A stretch of 28,788 nt of DNA. Source: Candidatus Methylomirabilota bacterium. GTDB lineage: Bacteria > Methylomirabilota > Methylomirabilia > Rokubacteriales > CSP1-6. Both the position numbers and the translations under genes were made by a program. A model generated the notes under the pieces. That model was not told the origin of the DNA, ran no database searches, and was given only the letters and a program-made list of their open reading frames with translations. The stretch covers positions 1 to 28,788 of the forward strand of contig JBKPAK010000133.1 in the NCBI GenBank assembly GCA_046726415.1, read 5' to 3'. This document shows, piece by piece, positions 27,746 to 28,788 of the stretch. The stretch's first letter is position 1. Every line of letters starts with the position of its first letter.

Positions 27746-28281
27746 GTCGACCTGCTCATCCGAATCGGTGTGACCCGGTAGTCGGAGGCGAAAGCGAACT
27801 AGAGCTGAGGTGCTGCTCAATCAGGGCACTTAGACCGAGGCGCTCATCCCGCTCGCACGACAGGAGCAGCCCGGCACCGGAGGTCATCGCCGCAGCTGGA
27901 ACTCGGCGCGGAGGAGGGAGAAAGACAGCCGAACCGTGTCACTCATCAGGTGATGCCTTTCCCGCCAGCATGGAGCAGCAGAGTTCCGTGCGGCGCGATT
28001 ATTGGCCCGATTCTTTCCGGCTGTCAAATCGAAACCCGGCGCCGCTTGGTAAAGAGGCGGCTGACCGGCCGGCGGCGCTCGGGCTATCGTCACGGGCCGA
28101 GGTCTCCTCCAGTGACAAGCAATCGGTTGCCGCCGGCCCGAGCCGAAAATCCTCCTGCGCCTGTCGAGGCAACACCGATGGACGGACCTACTCCCGGACA
28201 CGGCGCGCGCCGCGACGGCGCTCTTCGGGCCACGGTCGTGGCGTTGACTTCACAGTCGGGCCGGCCCGCGCAACTCCGTGT

Positions 28282-28672
28282 TCATCGTCCAGCGGCCGGG
28301 GGCGAGGAGAGCAGCAGCCCGTATGCGCCACCAGCAAACAAGATCAGGAGCGACAAGCCAAGGAGGAGAGTCTTGATCAGCGTCACCGCCGCGGCGAGCC
28401 ACGCCAAGCTTGACTCCTGACCAGCGTAGCTCCATGCGAGATACGCGACGATGCTGTTCTCGACGAGGTCTGACAGCGCGGCGAACAGGGGGATCGTGAC
28501 AAGCCAAGCCCACTGGGCGCGAGCCAAGGAGGCCGTCAGTAGGCAGAATAGAGATCCGTAAATCAGCGGAAACACGAGGTCAAGGGTTAGTTCGGTGAGC
28601 GCGTAGATGTTCCGTCCACTCTTCCCCAGGCGCTCAAACAGATTTCGAGCTTCAGCCGGGGTGTACCAGCGA
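28282..28672 (-). pseudogene. Hypothetical multi-pass membrane protein, 5'-truncated
   Basis: WYTPAEA...LG..GR..Y, DLVFPLIY, DLVEN and three TM helices; N-terminus replaced by antisense integrase DNA. Confidence 0.7.
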
Positions 28673-28788
28673 CGACACACGCGGTTCGCAACCTCGAGCG
28701 CGCCGGCGTGCCGCGGTCGGTGGCCATGAAGATCACCGGCCACCAGACCGAGCGTGCGTGCCAGCCGGCGCTACGCCATCGTCAGTGT
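28672..28788 (+). mobile_element. Tyrosine recombinase/integrase C-terminal remnant, frameshifted
   Basis: AVRNLERAGVPRSVAMKITGHQTE...RRYAIVS (box II with the catalytic Tyr). Confidence 0.85.

Noticed and set aside
28245-28287. attC site after the membrane gene
   Set aside because: Only a possible left half (GATGAAC...); no matching right arm or core found
27730-28420. Plus-strand ORFs of 227 and 156 aa, or a riboswitch
   Set aside because: Low-complexity Arg/Ser/Pro translations partly antisense to a real gene; no riboswitch consensus recognised

Overview
GC-rich bacterial accessory region. The gene repertoire, especially the giant sigma-54 activator/cyclase/STAND/TPR fusion, resembles Candidatus Rokubacteria (Methylomirabilota); this is an inference. 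The window runs from a disrupted DUF3854/TOPRIM primase and IS3 remnant (left) to a decayed tyrosine-integrase C-terminus (right). About 14 intact genes are interspersed with roughly 20 gene fragments. Intact modules: (i) a CYTH-like gene, then an HtrA-like protease translationally coupled to a membrane protein with pentameric ligand-gated ion channel (Pro-loop) hallmarks but no M4 helix; (ii) a DUF899 / helical-wHTH regulator / beta-propeller trio; (iii) two exported vanadium-haloperoxidase/PAP2 proteins, one behind a well-spaced sigma-54 promoter divergent from a ~1357-aa NLR-like enhancer-binding protein; (iv) a second, sensorless sigma-54 activator. Non-coding signals read from the DNA: two attC sites framing a cupin gene cassette with no integron integrase in view, a degenerate tRNA 3' end, a sigma-70 promoter with a palindromic operator, candidate enhancer repeats, and LytTR-type direct repeats ahead of a collapsed LytS/LytTR pair. 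No CRISPR array, rRNA or intact tRNA was seen. All family calls come from motif recognition by eye, not database searches.
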